A stretch of DNA of 64,000 nucleotides from an uncultured Pseudomonadota bacterium. GTDB lineage: Bacteria > Pseudomonadota > Alphaproteobacteria > RF32 > CAG-239. The stretch lies in NCBI GenBank assembly GCA_902799835.1, contig CADCCF010000002.1:7338-71337 (forward strand), given 5' to 3'. The notes beneath the pieces are model-generated. The model was given only the letters and a program-made list of their open reading frames with translations. It was not told where the DNA came from and made no database searches. The translations under genes were made by a program, and so were the position numbers. Positions 27,392 to 38,188 of the stretch are shown here, piece after piece (position 1 is the stretch's first letter; every line of letters starts with the position of its first letter).

Positions 27392-28465
27392 TTATTCCAA
27401 AGCAGCCAATTTTTGTGCCTGATCATCAGCAACCAAAGCATCAATAATTTCGCCCAAAGCGCCTCCGTGCATAACCTCATCCAATTTATAAAGCGTCAGG
27501 TTGATGCGGTGGTCAGTTACACGACCTTGCGGAAAATTATAAGTTCTGATTCTTTCGGAACGATCACCGCTGCCGACTTGTTGTTTACGAGCCTCAGCAT
27601 AGGCGGAATCAGCGGCTTCTTTTTGTGAGTTATACAGTTTTGCGCGCAATTTTCGCATGGCATTGTCGCGGTTTTTAAACTGTGAACGCTCTTCCTGCGA
27701 TTCGACAACTATGCCTGAAGGAATATGAGTCAGGCGAACGGCAGAGCTGGTTTTGTTAACCTTTTGACCTCCGGCACCTGACGAGCGGAATGCTTCCATT
27801 TTTACATCAGCCGGATTAATATAAATATCCACTTCTTCAATTTCAGGCAATACAGCAACTGTGGCTGCTGAAGTATGAACGCGTCCTTGGCTTTCAGTCA
27901 CCGGCACACGTTGCACGCGATGAGCGCCGGATTCAAATTTTAATTTAGCAAAAACTCCTTTGCCTGAAATGGAGGCTGTCGCTTCCTTATATCCGCCCAA
28001 TTCATTTTCGGAAGCATCCATAAATTCAAATTTCCACCCTTGAGTTTCGGCATAACGTTGATACATTTCAAACAAGTCAGCAGCAAACAAAGCCGCTTCA
28101 TCACCACCAGTGCCGGCTCTTACTTCCAAAATAGCATTTTTTTCATCATCAGCATCTTTAGGTAAAAGCAAAATTTTTATTTCTTTTTCCTTTAACGGTA
28201 ATGCATCTTTAATTTGGTAATACTCAGCTTCGGCTAATTCTTTCATTTCTTTATCCATGGTAGGATCATCCATAATTTCTTTAGCTTCGGCAAAACTTTG
28301 ATTCATTTGATTATAGTCGTTAATGACTTCAACTACCGGAGCCAAATTAGATAACTCCTTATTCATCTTGACCAAATTATCTGGAGTTACAGCGGGATCA
28401 GCTATCAGAGCTTCCAGTTCTTTATAGCGGTTAACAACATTTGCTAATTTCTCATTTATATCCAT
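27392..28465 (-). CDS. prfA: Peptide chain release factor 1.
   Basis: GGQ motif and an RF1-type tripeptide region ([12 protein letters not shown]). Confidence 0.9.
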   Translation of the reverse strand: MDINEKLANVVNRYKELEALIADPAVTPDNLVKMNKELSNLAPVVEVINDYNQMNQSFAEAKEIMDDPTMDKEMKELAEAEYYQIKDALPLKEKEIKILLLPKDADDEKNAILEVRAGTGGDEAALFAADLFEMYQRYAETQGWKFEFMDASENELGGYKEATASISGKGVFAKLKFESGAHRVQRVPVTESQGRVHTSAATVAVLPEIEEVDIYINPADVKMEAFRSSGAGGQKVNKTSSAVRLTHIPSGIVVESQEERSQFKNRDNAMRKLRAKLYNSQKEAADSAYAEARKQQVGSGDRSERIRTYNFPQGRVTDHRINLTLYKLDEVMHGGALGEIIDALVADDQAQKLAALE

Positions 28466-28540
28466 TTTTAATTCCTTTTTTTATATACCAAAAATTGCAG
28501 GAGTACGATTCCACTCCTGCAATTAAAAGCATTCATCTTG

Positions 28541-29599
28541 CTAATGGTTAGAATTCAAATAGCTGTCAATATCGATGTTCATCTTTCTGCCAATGCGAGC
28601 AATGTCGGTTTTTTTGCCGTTAACATAAACATTAACGCCACCAAGTTTGCCAACTGACAGTATTAATCCTGTGTCATTAGGCAGAGTATAACTGGCACCA
28701 GGTTGTAAGACTTTGCTTATATAAAGCTTGGATTCGTTTCGAACTTCTATCCATGTTTCTTCCAAAACTTCAATGAAAACACCATGGTCGGGAATAACAG
28801 TATTCTGCACTATAATTTCAGTATCTGGTGATTCGTTTTTTACTTCGGCGGCTGTAGTCTCGGTCTTTTCTTCATTTTTAATTTCGGTTATCGGAGTCTC
28901 TTTAGCGGGTTCCTTAACGTCCCCTTCCGATGCTGTCACTTCTTCTTCCAAAACGGCGTCACTGACTTTAATGTCGTTTTCGCTTGATTGAGGGATGGTT
29001 AGTTCTTCAAAAACAACCAATTCATCACTTTCATTGGGCTGCTCGCTTGAAATTTGGTCAACCTCTTCGTCTTCTTCTTTGCTGTTCCACATTGTCCAAG
29101 CACCATACAAAATACCCAAAGCGACTAAGCTGGCCAAAACATAGATTCCGTTTGGCATTGCCGACGTAGTTTGTGTCTCTGTCAAATTAACGGGCGCCGG
29201 ATTTTTTTCGGTTGTTTCTTCCTTATACAATTCAACAATATTACCGCTATTTAATCCTAAAAAGTCAGCATAAGAACGTATGAAACCAGTACCATAAGGA
29301 AAAGGCGGAACTTCGGCATAATTACTTTCTTCAATAGCTTCCAAATATTGTTTTCTAATACACAACTTTTTGGCAACTTCAACAATTTTTAACCCTTTTT
29401 CTTGTCGCATATTCTTCAGCAAAGTTCCAACTTTTGTTACTTTGGGCTGAGTAGCAACAGGTTTGGCCTCTTCTTTAACCTCTTCTTTAACCTCTTTAAC
29501 CTCGGTCTCTGTTCCGGGTTTGGCATCTGCTGCAACTTCTATTTTTTTCTCTTTCTTTACCATATTATTCCTCTCGTTCTTTTTTTGCGCTTTTACCAT
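28541..29599 (-). CDS. rodZ: RodZ-like cytoskeleton protein (XRE HTH, a TM segment, an acidic linker and a C-terminal DUF4115-like domain).
   Basis: N-terminal HTH LLKNMRQEKGLKIVEVAKKLCIRKQYLEAIE, a single TM and a long E/K-rich linker. Confidence 0.6.
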   Translation of the reverse strand: MVKAQKKNERNNMVKKEKKIEVAADAKPGTETEVKEVKEEVKEEAKPVATQPKVTKVGTLLKNMRQEKGLKIVEVAKKLCIRKQYLEAIEESNYAEVPPFPYGTGFIRSYADFLGLNSGNIVELYKEETTEKNPAPVNLTETQTTSAMPNGIYVLASLVALGILYGAWTMWNSKEEDEEVDQISSEQPNESDELVVFEELTIPQSSENDIKVSDAVLEEEVTASEGDVKEPAKETPITEIKNEEKTETTAAEVKNESPDTEIIVQNTVIPDHGVFIEVLEETWIEVRNESKLYISKVLQPGASYTLPNDTGLILSVGKLGGVNVYVNGKKTDIARIGRKMNIDIDSYLNSNH

Positions 29600-29614
29600 T
29601 ATATTACCTGCTTT

Positions 29615-31891
29615 TTAAAAAATTTCAATATTATGATCGGTTGCATAGGCAGTCATCTGCGAACGTAAACTGCGTTGATCCTTTTTTAACAAGGTGTTTA
29701 AGTAATCAGACAGCTGTGCAGTATTAACTGATCGCGCCATCTTTTTTACCTTATAGAAGGATGCACCAGACACTGATAAATTACGATAACCCAAGCCTAG
29801 CAAGGCCATTGCTTCAATAGGATTAGACGCCATTTCTCCGCATACTGAACAAGCAACCTTATAATTATTGCATTTATCAATAATTTCTTTCAATATTCTT
29901 AAGAATGGTGATGAAAGTACGTCATAACGGTACATTAAACGATTATTGGTACGATCACAAGCAAAAACAAATTGCGCCAAATCGTTGGTACCGATAGAAA
30001 CAAAATCAGTATAAGGCAATATTTCATCTAACTGAAAAAGTAATGACGGAACTTCAATCATCATTCCTGTATTAACAGAGCTGGGCACTTCATTGGATCG
30101 CTGTTTTTCTCTTTCCATCTCAATCATCAGAGTTTCTTTTGCTTCATTAAACTCAGTTAAATTAGCTACCATCGGGAACATAACATTCAATTCTTTTCCC
30201 TTGGCTGCTCTTATAAAAGCACGCAACTGTTGTCTCAGGATTGCTCTGCGATCAAGGGTAATGCGAATAGAGCGCCAACCGATGGCGGGATTTTCTTCGC
30301 CGGAAAAAGCCCAATAAGGCAACAACTTATCCGAGCCGACATCCAAACTGCGGAACACCACTTTTCTGTTTCCGGCCTTATCCATTAGCTTGGAATAAAA
30401 TGATAATTGCTCATTTACATCAGGCATTTTGCTGGCGGACATGAAGGGTATTTCTGTGCGATATAAACCTACACCGTTGCAATTTGTGCTCTCAATATAT
30501 TCAAGATCAAAATCAAGTCCTACATTGATAAATAAATTTACTTTTTGATTGTCCAAGGTTTTAGATGCGCGTTTCTTTAGCGCACTCATCTGTTTAATTT
30601 CTTGCTGTTTTTGGGTTATTTTTTGTTTTATTGTTTCTAAAACTTTTCCTTTAGGGTCTATATAAACAACACCGTTTTCACCATCCACAGCCAAAATTTC
30701 GCCATTGCGAATTTCGTTGTAAATTCCCTTTATCTTGGCAACTACCGGTATTCCCAAAGCTTTGGCAACAATTGCCACATGCATGGTCGGAGTTCCGTCT
30801 TCCAAAATTAATGCCCTTATTTTATGGTAGTCATAATCCATTAAATCAGCAGGTCCCATCATTTGAGCGATAACAATAATATCTTTCTCATCTTGTGATT
30901 TTGGCTCATTTTTATCATCATACAAATAAGATAGCAACCTGTCGGTGATATCGCGTAAATCGTTCAACCTTTCGCGTAAATATGTATCTTGTGTCCCGGA
31001 AAGGCGATTCCACATATCCTCATAAGCGCGCTCAACCGCAGCTTCAACCGTCAGTCCGCCACCAATATGGTCAGTCATTCTCTTCAGCCAGCCTTTATCT
31101 TTGGCCAACATTCGATAGGCATCAAGAATTTCAGCGTGCTCACCCAATCCCAGTTTGGCCGAATTAAATTTCTCGTCCAAATCCTCATTCATCTTGCTAT
31201 GGGCTTCAGTTAAACGCTTTAGTTCGGCTTCTTTATCTTTAGCAAAAATCTTAGTAACAGCTTGACGACGACGATGTACAACGGCTGCGCCGATTCCATA
31301 GCCTCTGTTTAAGGAAACCCCCTTAAATCTGTCGCGTGCACTTATACCGCGTTTGCGCATAAAATCACTTTTATAGTTGCGTATTTCATCTGAGGCTGCC
31401 CATTCGGTAAAAGGCATGGCCAAAGTTTCCATAGCGTTAATTTCTTCATTATTGAATTCATAAACTTCTTTTTTATACAAACACAAAACGCCGATGGCAA
31501 TTCCCCAGCGAATTAGCGGCACGCCGAGAAATCCCTTATATTGCTCTTCTTCAACACCATCGCGATGTAAAAAATCAGGATCTTCCCACATGTTATCGGT
31601 GGTAAAAGTGCATTTGGCTTTAGCGATTCGGCCAATAATACCTTCACCGACTTTCAGGGCTATTTTATTGTTTAGTTTGCTGCTGAAACCGTACGATGCA
31701 AACATTTCAATGTAGTTATCATCGACAGCTAAATAACAGGATGAACCATCTGCCCCTATACCTTCGGCAATAGTTTTCATTGCTTCATTTAATTTTTCAG
31801 CCACATCAAAAGAACTGTTGATTATATCTTTCAACAGTTCAGCTACTTGAGCAGCTTTATTAGTCATAGGCGGGTTCATGCTTTTTACCAT
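29615..31891 (-). CDS. ptsP: Phosphoenolpyruvate-protein phosphotransferase PtsP (GAF domain plus enzyme I; EI-Ntr).
   Basis: N-terminal GAF domain and PEP-utilizing enzyme domains with the conserved phospho-His region. Confidence 0.88.
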   Translation of the reverse strand: MVKSMNPPMTNKAAQVAELLKDIINSSFDVAEKLNEAMKTIAEGIGADGSSCYLAVDDNYIEMFASYGFSSKLNNKIALKVGEGIIGRIAKAKCTFTTDNMWEDPDFLHRDGVEEEQYKGFLGVPLIRWGIAIGVLCLYKKEVYEFNNEEINAMETLAMPFTEWAASDEIRNYKSDFMRKRGISARDRFKGVSLNRGYGIGAAVVHRRRQAVTKIFAKDKEAELKRLTEAHSKMNEDLDEKFNSAKLGLGEHAEILDAYRMLAKDKGWLKRMTDHIGGGLTVEAAVERAYEDMWNRLSGTQDTYLRERLNDLRDITDRLLSYLYDDKNEPKSQDEKDIIVIAQMMGPADLMDYDYHKIRALILEDGTPTMHVAIVAKALGIPVVAKIKGIYNEIRNGEILAVDGENGVVYIDPKGKVLETIKQKITQKQQEIKQMSALKKRASKTLDNQKVNLFINVGLDFDLEYIESTNCNGVGLYRTEIPFMSASKMPDVNEQLSFYSKLMDKAGNRKVVFRSLDVGSDKLLPYWAFSGEENPAIGWRSIRITLDRRAILRQQLRAFIRAAKGKELNVMFPMVANLTEFNEAKETLMIEMEREKQRSNEVPSSVNTGMMIEVPSLLFQLDEILPYTDFVSIGTNDLAQFVFACDRTNNRLMYRYDVLSSPFLRILKEIIDKCNNYKVACSVCGEMASNPIEAMALLGLGYRNLSVSGASFYKVKKMARSVNTAQLSDYLNTLLKKDQRSLRSQMTAYATDHNIEIF

Positions 31892-31976
31892 TTTATTTTT
31901 TTTGCCTTGCGTTTTTACTTATATTATCTATATTCATATACATCAAGTGAAAAACAAAATTTATCAAGGAATAAAA

Positions 31977-32339
31977 ATGACTACAACTTATCAAAAAGGC
32001 GCTTCGGACAATCGTCCATGGGGAACATGGGAAGTACTGGAGTCTTCTACCGGTTATTGTGTCAAAAAAATTTGTGTGAAACCCCATGCGCAATTGTCGT
32101 TGCAACTTCATCATCACCGCGCCGAACATTGGATTATCGCCGATGGTCGGGCTATTGTTACCATTGGTGATAAAAAGATTAATGTCAAAAAAGATGATGC
32201 AGTATATATTCCGGTTGAAACAAAGCACAGAATTGAGAACGATTCGGACAAGGAAATGACCTTTATTGAAGTGCAGACCGGCGATCTTTTGGATGAAGAT
32301 GATATAGTTCGCCTCGAAGATATATATGGTCGTGTATAA
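31977..32339 (+). CDS. Cupin-domain protein (mannose-6-phosphate isomerase type II C-terminal-like).
   Basis: Cupin motifs HHHRAEHWII...AVYIPVETKHRIEN. SD AAGGA before ATG 31977. Confidence 0.6.
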   Translation: MTTTYQKGASDNRPWGTWEVLESSTGYCVKKICVKPHAQLSLQLHHHRAEHWIIADGRAIVTIGDKKINVKKDDAVYIPVETKHRIENDSDKEMTFIEVQTGDLLDEDDIVRLEDIYGRV

Positions 32340-32352
32340 TTTAGAAAGGTAA

Positions 32353-33138
32353 ATGATTATGAATTTTAGAGAATTAGGTTTAAGCGAACAGACAGTTCAA
32401 GCAATAGACGAATATGGTATTACTGAACCGACCACGGTTCAGGCGGATGTCATACCGGCAATTTTAGCCGGTCGCGATATTTTCACCATTGCTCCGGCGC
32501 GGTGCGGCAAGACCATGTCTTATGTGTTGCCGTTGTTGGATATTATCAATGCTAAAAAAGTCAAAAATATTTTGATTATCACTGCCAATTCCCAAATGGC
32601 GGTCAAAACCTCTGATTGTTTGGCTATTTTTAACAAATATCATGAAATCAACGGAACTGCCATCAAAGAGGGCGAAGATATGGCAGCAGATGAGGCTAAT
32701 GTTGTTATTGGTGCTCCGGATTTATTGTTGGAGGTTGCAGACGGAACCAAGGTTGATTTGAGCCAAATTGATATTTTGGTGGTTGATGATATCAACTTAA
32801 TCAAGAAAAATAAGCAGTTGGATAATTTGGAAAAGGTTTTGGCAATGTTGCCGGCTGACAAGCAAAATGTTGTATACACCAATCGCCGCTCCAAAGAGAC
32901 GCAAGATATTTTGGATAAGATAATGCAGACTCCGGCAGAGATTAAAATAGACAAGAATAAAGAACAAGAAGCTGAAACCTCAAAAAAAGCAGCCATGGAC
33001 AAGAAGAATAAATCAACATTTGTTGAAAAGATTGATGATGAAGCCGTCAGTTTGGCCAGGAAACTTAATTCGTTTAACGGTAAGACACCTAAATTTTTGT
33101 TGATAAAGGGTATTATTGCCGAGGGCGAAGAAAAATAA
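32353..33138 (+). CDS. Degenerate DEAD-box helicase N-terminal RecA-like domain protein. Domain 2 is absent and the catalytic motifs are altered.
   Basis: F...Q motif (FRELGL...PTTVQ), Walker A-like APARCGKT and motif II VVDD in place of DEAD. No SAT motif and no C-terminal helicase domain. Confidence 0.55.
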   Translation: MIMNFRELGLSEQTVQAIDEYGITEPTTVQADVIPAILAGRDIFTIAPARCGKTMSYVLPLLDIINAKKVKNILIITANSQMAVKTSDCLAIFNKYHEINGTAIKEGEDMAADEANVVIGAPDLLLEVADGTKVDLSQIDILVVDDINLIKKNKQLDNLEKVLAMLPADKQNVVYTNRRSKETQDILDKIMQTPAEIKIDKNKEQEAETSKKAAMDKKNKSTFVEKIDDEAVSLARKLNSFNGKTPKFLLIKGIIAEGEEK

Positions 33139-33357
33139 TTTTTTTATAAAAATCATTGACAACTAAGTAAAAAAGTGTTCTATAAGGGACACTTTTTTAT
33201 AATTATGTATTTAAATGCTTAGTATGTCGTTGATTCCCTTTATTCTGCAAAATAAGGATTTATCCATAATCTACGGCATACTTTTTGAACGAAGTTTTGT
33301 TCCATAAATATCTATATTCTCAACTGTCGTGAGACAGCTGAAGTGCTTGCTTATTTC

Positions 33358-33423
33358 GGGAGGATTGCTCCGCCAAGGCCGCATTTTGCCAATCGTGCCG
33401 CTTTAGGCAATCCTCTTTTTTTA
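33358..33423 (+). terminator. Strong stem (gggaggattgc/gcaatcctc) with a structured GC-rich loop, then TTTTTTT. An orphan terminator that is a possible 3' end of a small RNA.
   Basis: Inverted repeat 33358-33368 / 33407-33415, then a T7 run. No upstream CDS ends nearby. Confidence 0.35.
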
Positions 33424-33640
33424 GGAACTTTCTTCCTTCTTCCCATATATATCACGCCGGTTTTGAAAGATTCGTTTGTGTCAATTCCTAACGCTCTTTC
33501 AAGCCGGCTTAATTTTTTTAAACAGCATTTCCACTTTTATCAAAAATTTAGACAAAAAGACTTGAATGTTGTATTGTTATGTGATAACTTAAAGTCACCG
33601 TCAAGTTATTAGTATTTATTAACGCAAAAAAACTAGAATT

Positions 33641-33940
33641 ATGGAGAGACAACAGCTTTCCGATGCAGCCCTTGCGCATGAAGAGAATCGAGTTATTACT
33701 TACGCCCACAAGCATGGTATGAAAATTCTCACAAAAGGGCGCGGTGTCATCTGCCTGGGACGCAACAACTCTTATCCGAGTTATTATGTTACAGCAATTA
33801 AAGACACCAAAGGCGACAAAAATGCACGTCGCCACGGGTTTCCGTTGGGGGTGGAAGTAATCATCTCTATCCTGACCAACGGAAAGGTTTCATGCCTGCC
33901 AATATACGCGCGGCATGTGACAATCCGTAACGCAAATTAA
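33641..33940 (+). CDS. Possible small protein (99 aa) in a locally GC-richer patch. It could instead be non-coding.
   Basis: ORF without a convincing SD. It ends about 20 bp before a terminator. Its GC content is visibly higher than the surrounding sequence. Confidence 0.25.
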   Translation: MERQQLSDAALAHEENRVITYAHKHGMKILTKGRGVICLGRNNSYPSYYVTAIKDTKGDKNARRHGFPLGVEVIISILTNGKVSCLPIYARHVTIRNAN

Positions 33941-33960
33941 ATTATTTTTTCTAATAAAGA

Positions 33961-34003
33961 AAAGCGTTGGCCTTGCGAGGACTCAACGCTTTTCGCTTTT
34001 TTA
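33961..34003. terminator. Bidirectional terminator for thyA (minus strand) and any plus-strand upstream transcript.
   Basis: aaagcgttg-gccttgcgaggactc-caacgcttt plus a T-run. Confidence 0.6.
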
Positions 34004-34012
34004 AATACTAAG

Positions 34013-34828
34013 TTAAACCGCAACTTCACCTTTGATGGCCGGATGGTATTGATAACCTACCAGCTCAAAGTCCTCGTACCGGAAATCATCAATGTTTTTG
34101 ATTTCAGGGTTGATTTTCATTTGCGGCAAAGGATAGGGTTCACGCGACAGTTGCAATTTGACCTGCTCAAAGTGGTTGGAGTAAATGTGTGCATTACCCA
34201 AGGTATGCACAAACTCACCCGCTTTGAGCCCGCAAACCTGCGCCACCATCATGGTAAGGAGCGAATAGGACGCTATGTTGAAGGGAACTCCCAAAAACAT
34301 ATCGCAACTGCGCTGATACAACAGGCAGTTGAGATAACCGTCCGGTGTAACATCGAACTGGAAAAAGCAGTGACAAGGTGGCAAAGCCATCTCGTCAATC
34401 TGCGCCGGATTCCATGCGCAGACGATTTCGCGGCGATCTTGCGGATTGTTTTTGATGCGATCGATGACGTCTTTAATTTGGTCAACTCCGCCTTCGGTTT
34501 TGACGCCTTTGGCCCACGGGGCATTGAAATGCCGCCACTGGTGTCCGTAAACCGGCCCCAAATCACCCTCGGCATCGGCCCACTCATCCCAAATGGTAAC
34601 ATTGTTATCCTTGAGATACTTGATGTTGGTATCGCCCGAAAGCAACCAAATCAACTCGTGGATAATACCTTTGTGAAAGACCTTTTTGGTGGTTACCAAA
34701 GGGAAGCCTTGGCGCAAATCAAAGCGCATTTGGCGACCGAAAACTTTGCGAGCATAAACGCCCGTGCGGTTGTTGGCATCCTGACCGTGGTCTAAGATGT
34801 CCTGAAGCAAATCTAAATACTGTTTCAT
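34013..34828 (-). CDS. thyA: Thymidylate synthase.
   Basis: PPCHCFFQF active-site region. Confidence 0.95.
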   Translation of the reverse strand: MKQYLDLLQDILDHGQDANNRTGVYARKVFGRQMRFDLRQGFPLVTTKKVFHKGIIHELIWLLSGDTNIKYLKDNNVTIWDEWADAEGDLGPVYGHQWRHFNAPWAKGVKTEGGVDQIKDVIDRIKNNPQDRREIVCAWNPAQIDEMALPPCHCFFQFDVTPDGYLNCLLYQRSCDMFLGVPFNIASYSLLTMMVAQVCGLKAGEFVHTLGNAHIYSNHFEQVKLQLSREPYPLPQMKINPEIKNIDDFRYEDFELVGYQYHPAIKGEVAV

Positions 34829-34844
34829 AACTTAATCCTTTTTT

Positions 34845-35405
34845 TTAATGGTTAATAATTGCGTTAGTAATATGTTTTAAAACTTCCTGCGGCACAAATT
34901 CGCCTTTTTTCACCCAAATAGTGGTGGTAACATTATCTTCTTCATAATCCGGCGAAATTTTGCTGTAATTCTTTTCCATCGCCTCGATACATTCTTTGAT
35001 GTCAACCGGATTGCCGCTCAAAGACTTATCAATTTCATTATGATTGCATGAATCAACAATAATCTCCGGCGCCATCTTTTTCATAAATAACTTGTAGATA
35101 CTGGCTCCGCCGGCAATGTACAGCGGCTCGTCAAAGTCCTTTAAGGTCATCATATCATTAACTACATGGTGATTCTGCTTGTCTGACACCTCATAATCTT
35201 TTTCAAAAGTTAAAACATAAATTTGCCGATTCGGTAGAGTGCGGTTGGGAAAGCTTTCATAAGTGGTTTGTCCACAAGTGATGTTTGCGCCGGATGTAAT
35301 GCGGCGAAAACGTTGCAAATCAGACGGAATGCTCCATGGAATTTTCGGCCCTATTCCGATAATACAGTCATTCTCATGACGACACCAAACGGCAATTTTA
35401 GTCAT
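34845..35405 (-). CDS. folA: Dihydrofolate reductase.
   Basis: IIGIGPKIPWSIPSDLQRFRRITSG matches the DHFR signature. The start is at the internal ATG; the track ORF begins at GTG 35471. Confidence 0.8.
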   Translation of the reverse strand: MTKIAVWCRHENDCIIGIGPKIPWSIPSDLQRFRRITSGANITCGQTTYESFPNRTLPNRQIYVLTFEKDYEVSDKQNHHVVNDMMTLKDFDEPLYIAGGASIYKLFMKKMAPEIIVDSCNHNEIDKSLSGNPVDIKECIEAMEKNYSKISPDYEEDNVTTTIWVKKGEFVPQEVLKHITNAIINH

Positions 35406-35555
35406 GGTATTTTCTCCCCTTTTTGAGCAAAAGCATAAATAATTTCCAAAATAAATGCAAACAAAAAACACTGATTATTTTATTTATATCCCTAATTTTT
35501 TGCTTAACAAACCCAATCTCATCTTGTAGATTGGGTGATAAATTGAGAGTAAAAC

Positions 35556-36911
35556 ATGAAAGATATGTTCGAGATTGAAACACCTAAAGATCAGCCGGAA
35601 TTGAGTGTTAGTGAGATTTCAGCGGTTATTAAAAAATGCGTGGAAACAACTTTTTCGCGCGTTAAGGTGCGTGGCGAGATATTTGGTGCTAAACGAGCCG
35701 ATTCCGGACACTGGTACTTGAGCTTAAAAGACGAAAATGCCACATTGTCGGCAGTAATTTGGCGCGGCACGGCCTTGGGGTTGAATATCAAACCGGAAGA
35801 CGGATTGGAAGTTGTTGCCACCGGTAAAATTACTACTTTTGCCGGAAAATCGTCGTATCAATTGGTTATCGAACATATGGAGGCTGCCGGTGTGGGCGCT
35901 CTGTTGAAACTTTTAGAGGAGCGTAAACAAGCCTTTGCCAAAGAGGGATTGTTTGATATTGCCCACAAAAAAGCCATACCCTTTTTGCCTCAGACCATCG
36001 GCGTTGTAACCTCAGCTTCCGGCGCAGTTATTCGTGATATAATCCATCGGGTGCGTGATCGTTTTCCTTCTCATATTTTGCTTATTCCCACTCCGGTGCA
36101 AGGCGAGGGAGCAGCCCTAAAAATTGCTCAAGCCATCAAAGATTTTAATCGCTTGGATAAAATATCGTCCTTTGCCAAACCCGATGTTTTGATAGTGGCG
36201 CGCGGTGGCGGAAGCTTGGAGGATTTGTGGCCTTTTAATGAAGAATGTGTGGTCAGGGCAGTCTATGACTCCGAAATACCGATTATTTCTGCAGTAGGAC
36301 ACGAAACCGATACCATGCTGATAGATTATGTTGCCGATAAAAGAGCGCCAACTCCGACTGGAGCTGCCGAGTTTGCAGTGCCGGTGCGTTCTGAATTGCA
36401 GATGAAGGTTAATAATTTGGAGCAAAGGCTAAAAAACGGCATCTTGCGTTATGTTAGTGAAAAAAGCAGTTTTTTAGCTGCGTTGGGGCGGGGAATTCCC
36501 AATTTGGAACAAATATTACAAGAAGCAATGCAAAAGTATGACGGCAAAATTGAGCGGTTGAATTTGGCTTTTAAAAATCTCCTGAAGGATAAATTTCACC
36601 AACTTGAAATTTGTCGGTTGCAACCCTTAGCAGTAACTAAAATAATTGAACGTAATCAGGAAAAATTGAACCATTTGTGGGAGGTGTTGTCATCAGTTTC
36701 GGTCGGCTCAGTTCTAAGAAGAGGCTTCGCTTGGCTCAAAAATGAAAAAGGTCAAACCTTATATAATGCCTCTCAAGCCCTACAAGCCAAAGAATTTATC
36801 ATTAATTTTGTTGACGGGCAGGTTAGAGCAATAAACGCCTCATCAGCAACTAATAAAAACAAAAAGGATAAAACAAATGAAACTAAACAAATATCTCTGT
36901 TTGATTTATAG
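35556..36911 (+). CDS. xseA: Exodeoxyribonuclease VII large subunit.
   Basis: OB-fold N-terminus and a catalytic domain. Confidence 0.9.
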   Translation: MKDMFEIETPKDQPELSVSEISAVIKKCVETTFSRVKVRGEIFGAKRADSGHWYLSLKDENATLSAVIWRGTALGLNIKPEDGLEVVATGKITTFAGKSSYQLVIEHMEAAGVGALLKLLEERKQAFAKEGLFDIAHKKAIPFLPQTIGVVTSASGAVIRDIIHRVRDRFPSHILLIPTPVQGEGAALKIAQAIKDFNRLDKISSFAKPDVLIVARGGGSLEDLWPFNEECVVRAVYDSEIPIISAVGHETDTMLIDYVADKRAPTPTGAAEFAVPVRSELQMKVNNLEQRLKNGILRYVSEKSSFLAALGRGIPNLEQILQEAMQKYDGKIERLNLAFKNLLKDKFHQLEICRLQPLAVTKIIERNQEKLNHLWEVLSSVSVGSVLRRGFAWLKNEKGQTLYNASQALQAKEFIINFVDGQVRAINASSATNKNKKDKTNETKQISLFDL

Positions 36912-37713
36912 CGTGGCGATTCTATGTAATAATGCCGAAGCGGTTGAAATCTGTGGTAATCTGAACCAGGGCGAATTTGTCATTGGTAAAACTCAACCCG
37001 GTCAAGAGGTTTATCTTAACGGCGACAAGATAGCAGTTGATAGTGATGGTCGTTTTTTAATGGCTTTCGGCCGTGACGAAAAAGAAGATCAGCTTTTGAC
37101 AATTGCCAACACTAAGGGGCAAAAAAAAGACTTTATTTTGCCGATATCTGCCACCGAATGGAATATCCAAAACATCACCGGTGTTCCGCCCCGTAAAGTC
37201 AATCCTTCTGATGGCGATTTGGTTGCAATTAACAAAGAAAACACTTTATTAAAACAGGCTTTAAAAACCAATAATAATGAGACATCGTGGCAGCAAGGTT
37301 TTATTACTCCGGTTGAGGGTAGAATATCAGGCGAATTCGGCGGACAACGCATTATGAATAAAGTTCCCAAGAGCCCGCACCGCGGTATGGATATTGCCGC
37401 TAAGGAAGGCACTCCTGTCAAATCTGCAGCTAAAGGTAAGGTGGTGTTGGCTTATCCTAATTTATTTTACTCCGGTAATGTGGTAGTAATTGATCATGGT
37501 TTTGGTTTGCAAACTATCTACGCCCATCTCAAAGAAATAAAAGTAAAACTCGGTGATGAGGTTGCACAAGGCGACGTCATAGGACTGGTCGGCAAAACCG
37601 GACGAGCCACCGGACCTCACTTGCATTTCGGTGCATCTTTACGCAATTTGCGTTTCAATCCTAAATCATTGTTAGATATGAACAATAATTTACAAAAATG
37701 TTTTACTTTATAA
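36877..37713 (+). CDS. M23 family (LytM-type) metallopeptidase, secreted.
   Basis: Signal peptide. HRGMDIAA...HLHFG M23 motifs. Confidence 0.8.
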   Translation: MKLNKYLCLIYSVAILCNNAEAVEICGNLNQGEFVIGKTQPGQEVYLNGDKIAVDSDGRFLMAFGRDEKEDQLLTIANTKGQKKDFILPISATEWNIQNITGVPPRKVNPSDGDLVAINKENTLLKQALKTNNNETSWQQGFITPVEGRISGEFGGQRIMNKVPKSPHRGMDIAAKEGTPVKSAAKGKVVLAYPNLFYSGNVVVIDHGFGLQTIYAHLKEIKVKLGDEVAQGDVIGLVGKTGRATGPHLHFGASLRNLRFNPKSLLDMNNNLQKCFTL

Positions 37714-37756
37714 ACAAAATGGATAAACTAGACAGCAAGTTACAAGTTTATGAGGG

Positions 37757-38185
37757 TTGATTATGAACGATATCAATAACAAACAGATTAGTTTGGATAC
37801 AGTTACTTGTCTAATCGTTGACGATGATAAATTTTCGCGTACTTTTACCAAAACCGCTCTTTATCAAATAGGGGTGAAAAACACCAAAGAGGCGGCGACA
37901 GCGTTGGAAGCAACCGAAATTATCAATAGCTACAAAATAGATTTTGTGCTATTGGATCACCAAATGCCAGAACAGAATGGGCTGGAATTGGCTCGTCAAA
38001 TTAAAGAAGGTAAAATCGGCAACCACAAAGATATGCCGATTATTATAGTCACTATTGATACAAAAGAAAATACTGTAATGGATGCTAAGAAAATAGGTAT
38101 TCATGAGTATTTAGTTAAACCGATTTCGCCACTGGCATTGCGCAAGAGAATTTGCACAGCCTTGGGTATCAAAGAAAGAGTATAA
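37757..38185 (+). CDS. Single-domain CheY-like response regulator.
   Basis: Receiver domain LIVDDD...LLDHQMP...K with no output domain. Confidence 0.8.
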   Translation: MIMNDINNKQISLDTVTCLIVDDDKFSRTFTKTALYQIGVKNTKEAATALEATEIINSYKIDFVLLDHQMPEQNGLELARQIKEGKIGNHKDMPIIIVTIDTKENTVMDAKKIGIHEYLVKPISPLALRKRICTALGIKERV

Positions 38186-38188
38186 ATC

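Noticed and set aside
34043-34795. 250-aa plus-strand ORF overlapping thyA on the opposite strand
   Set aside because: It is antisense to a strongly conserved thyA with a clear active-site motif. It has no SD and is a typical shadow ORF.
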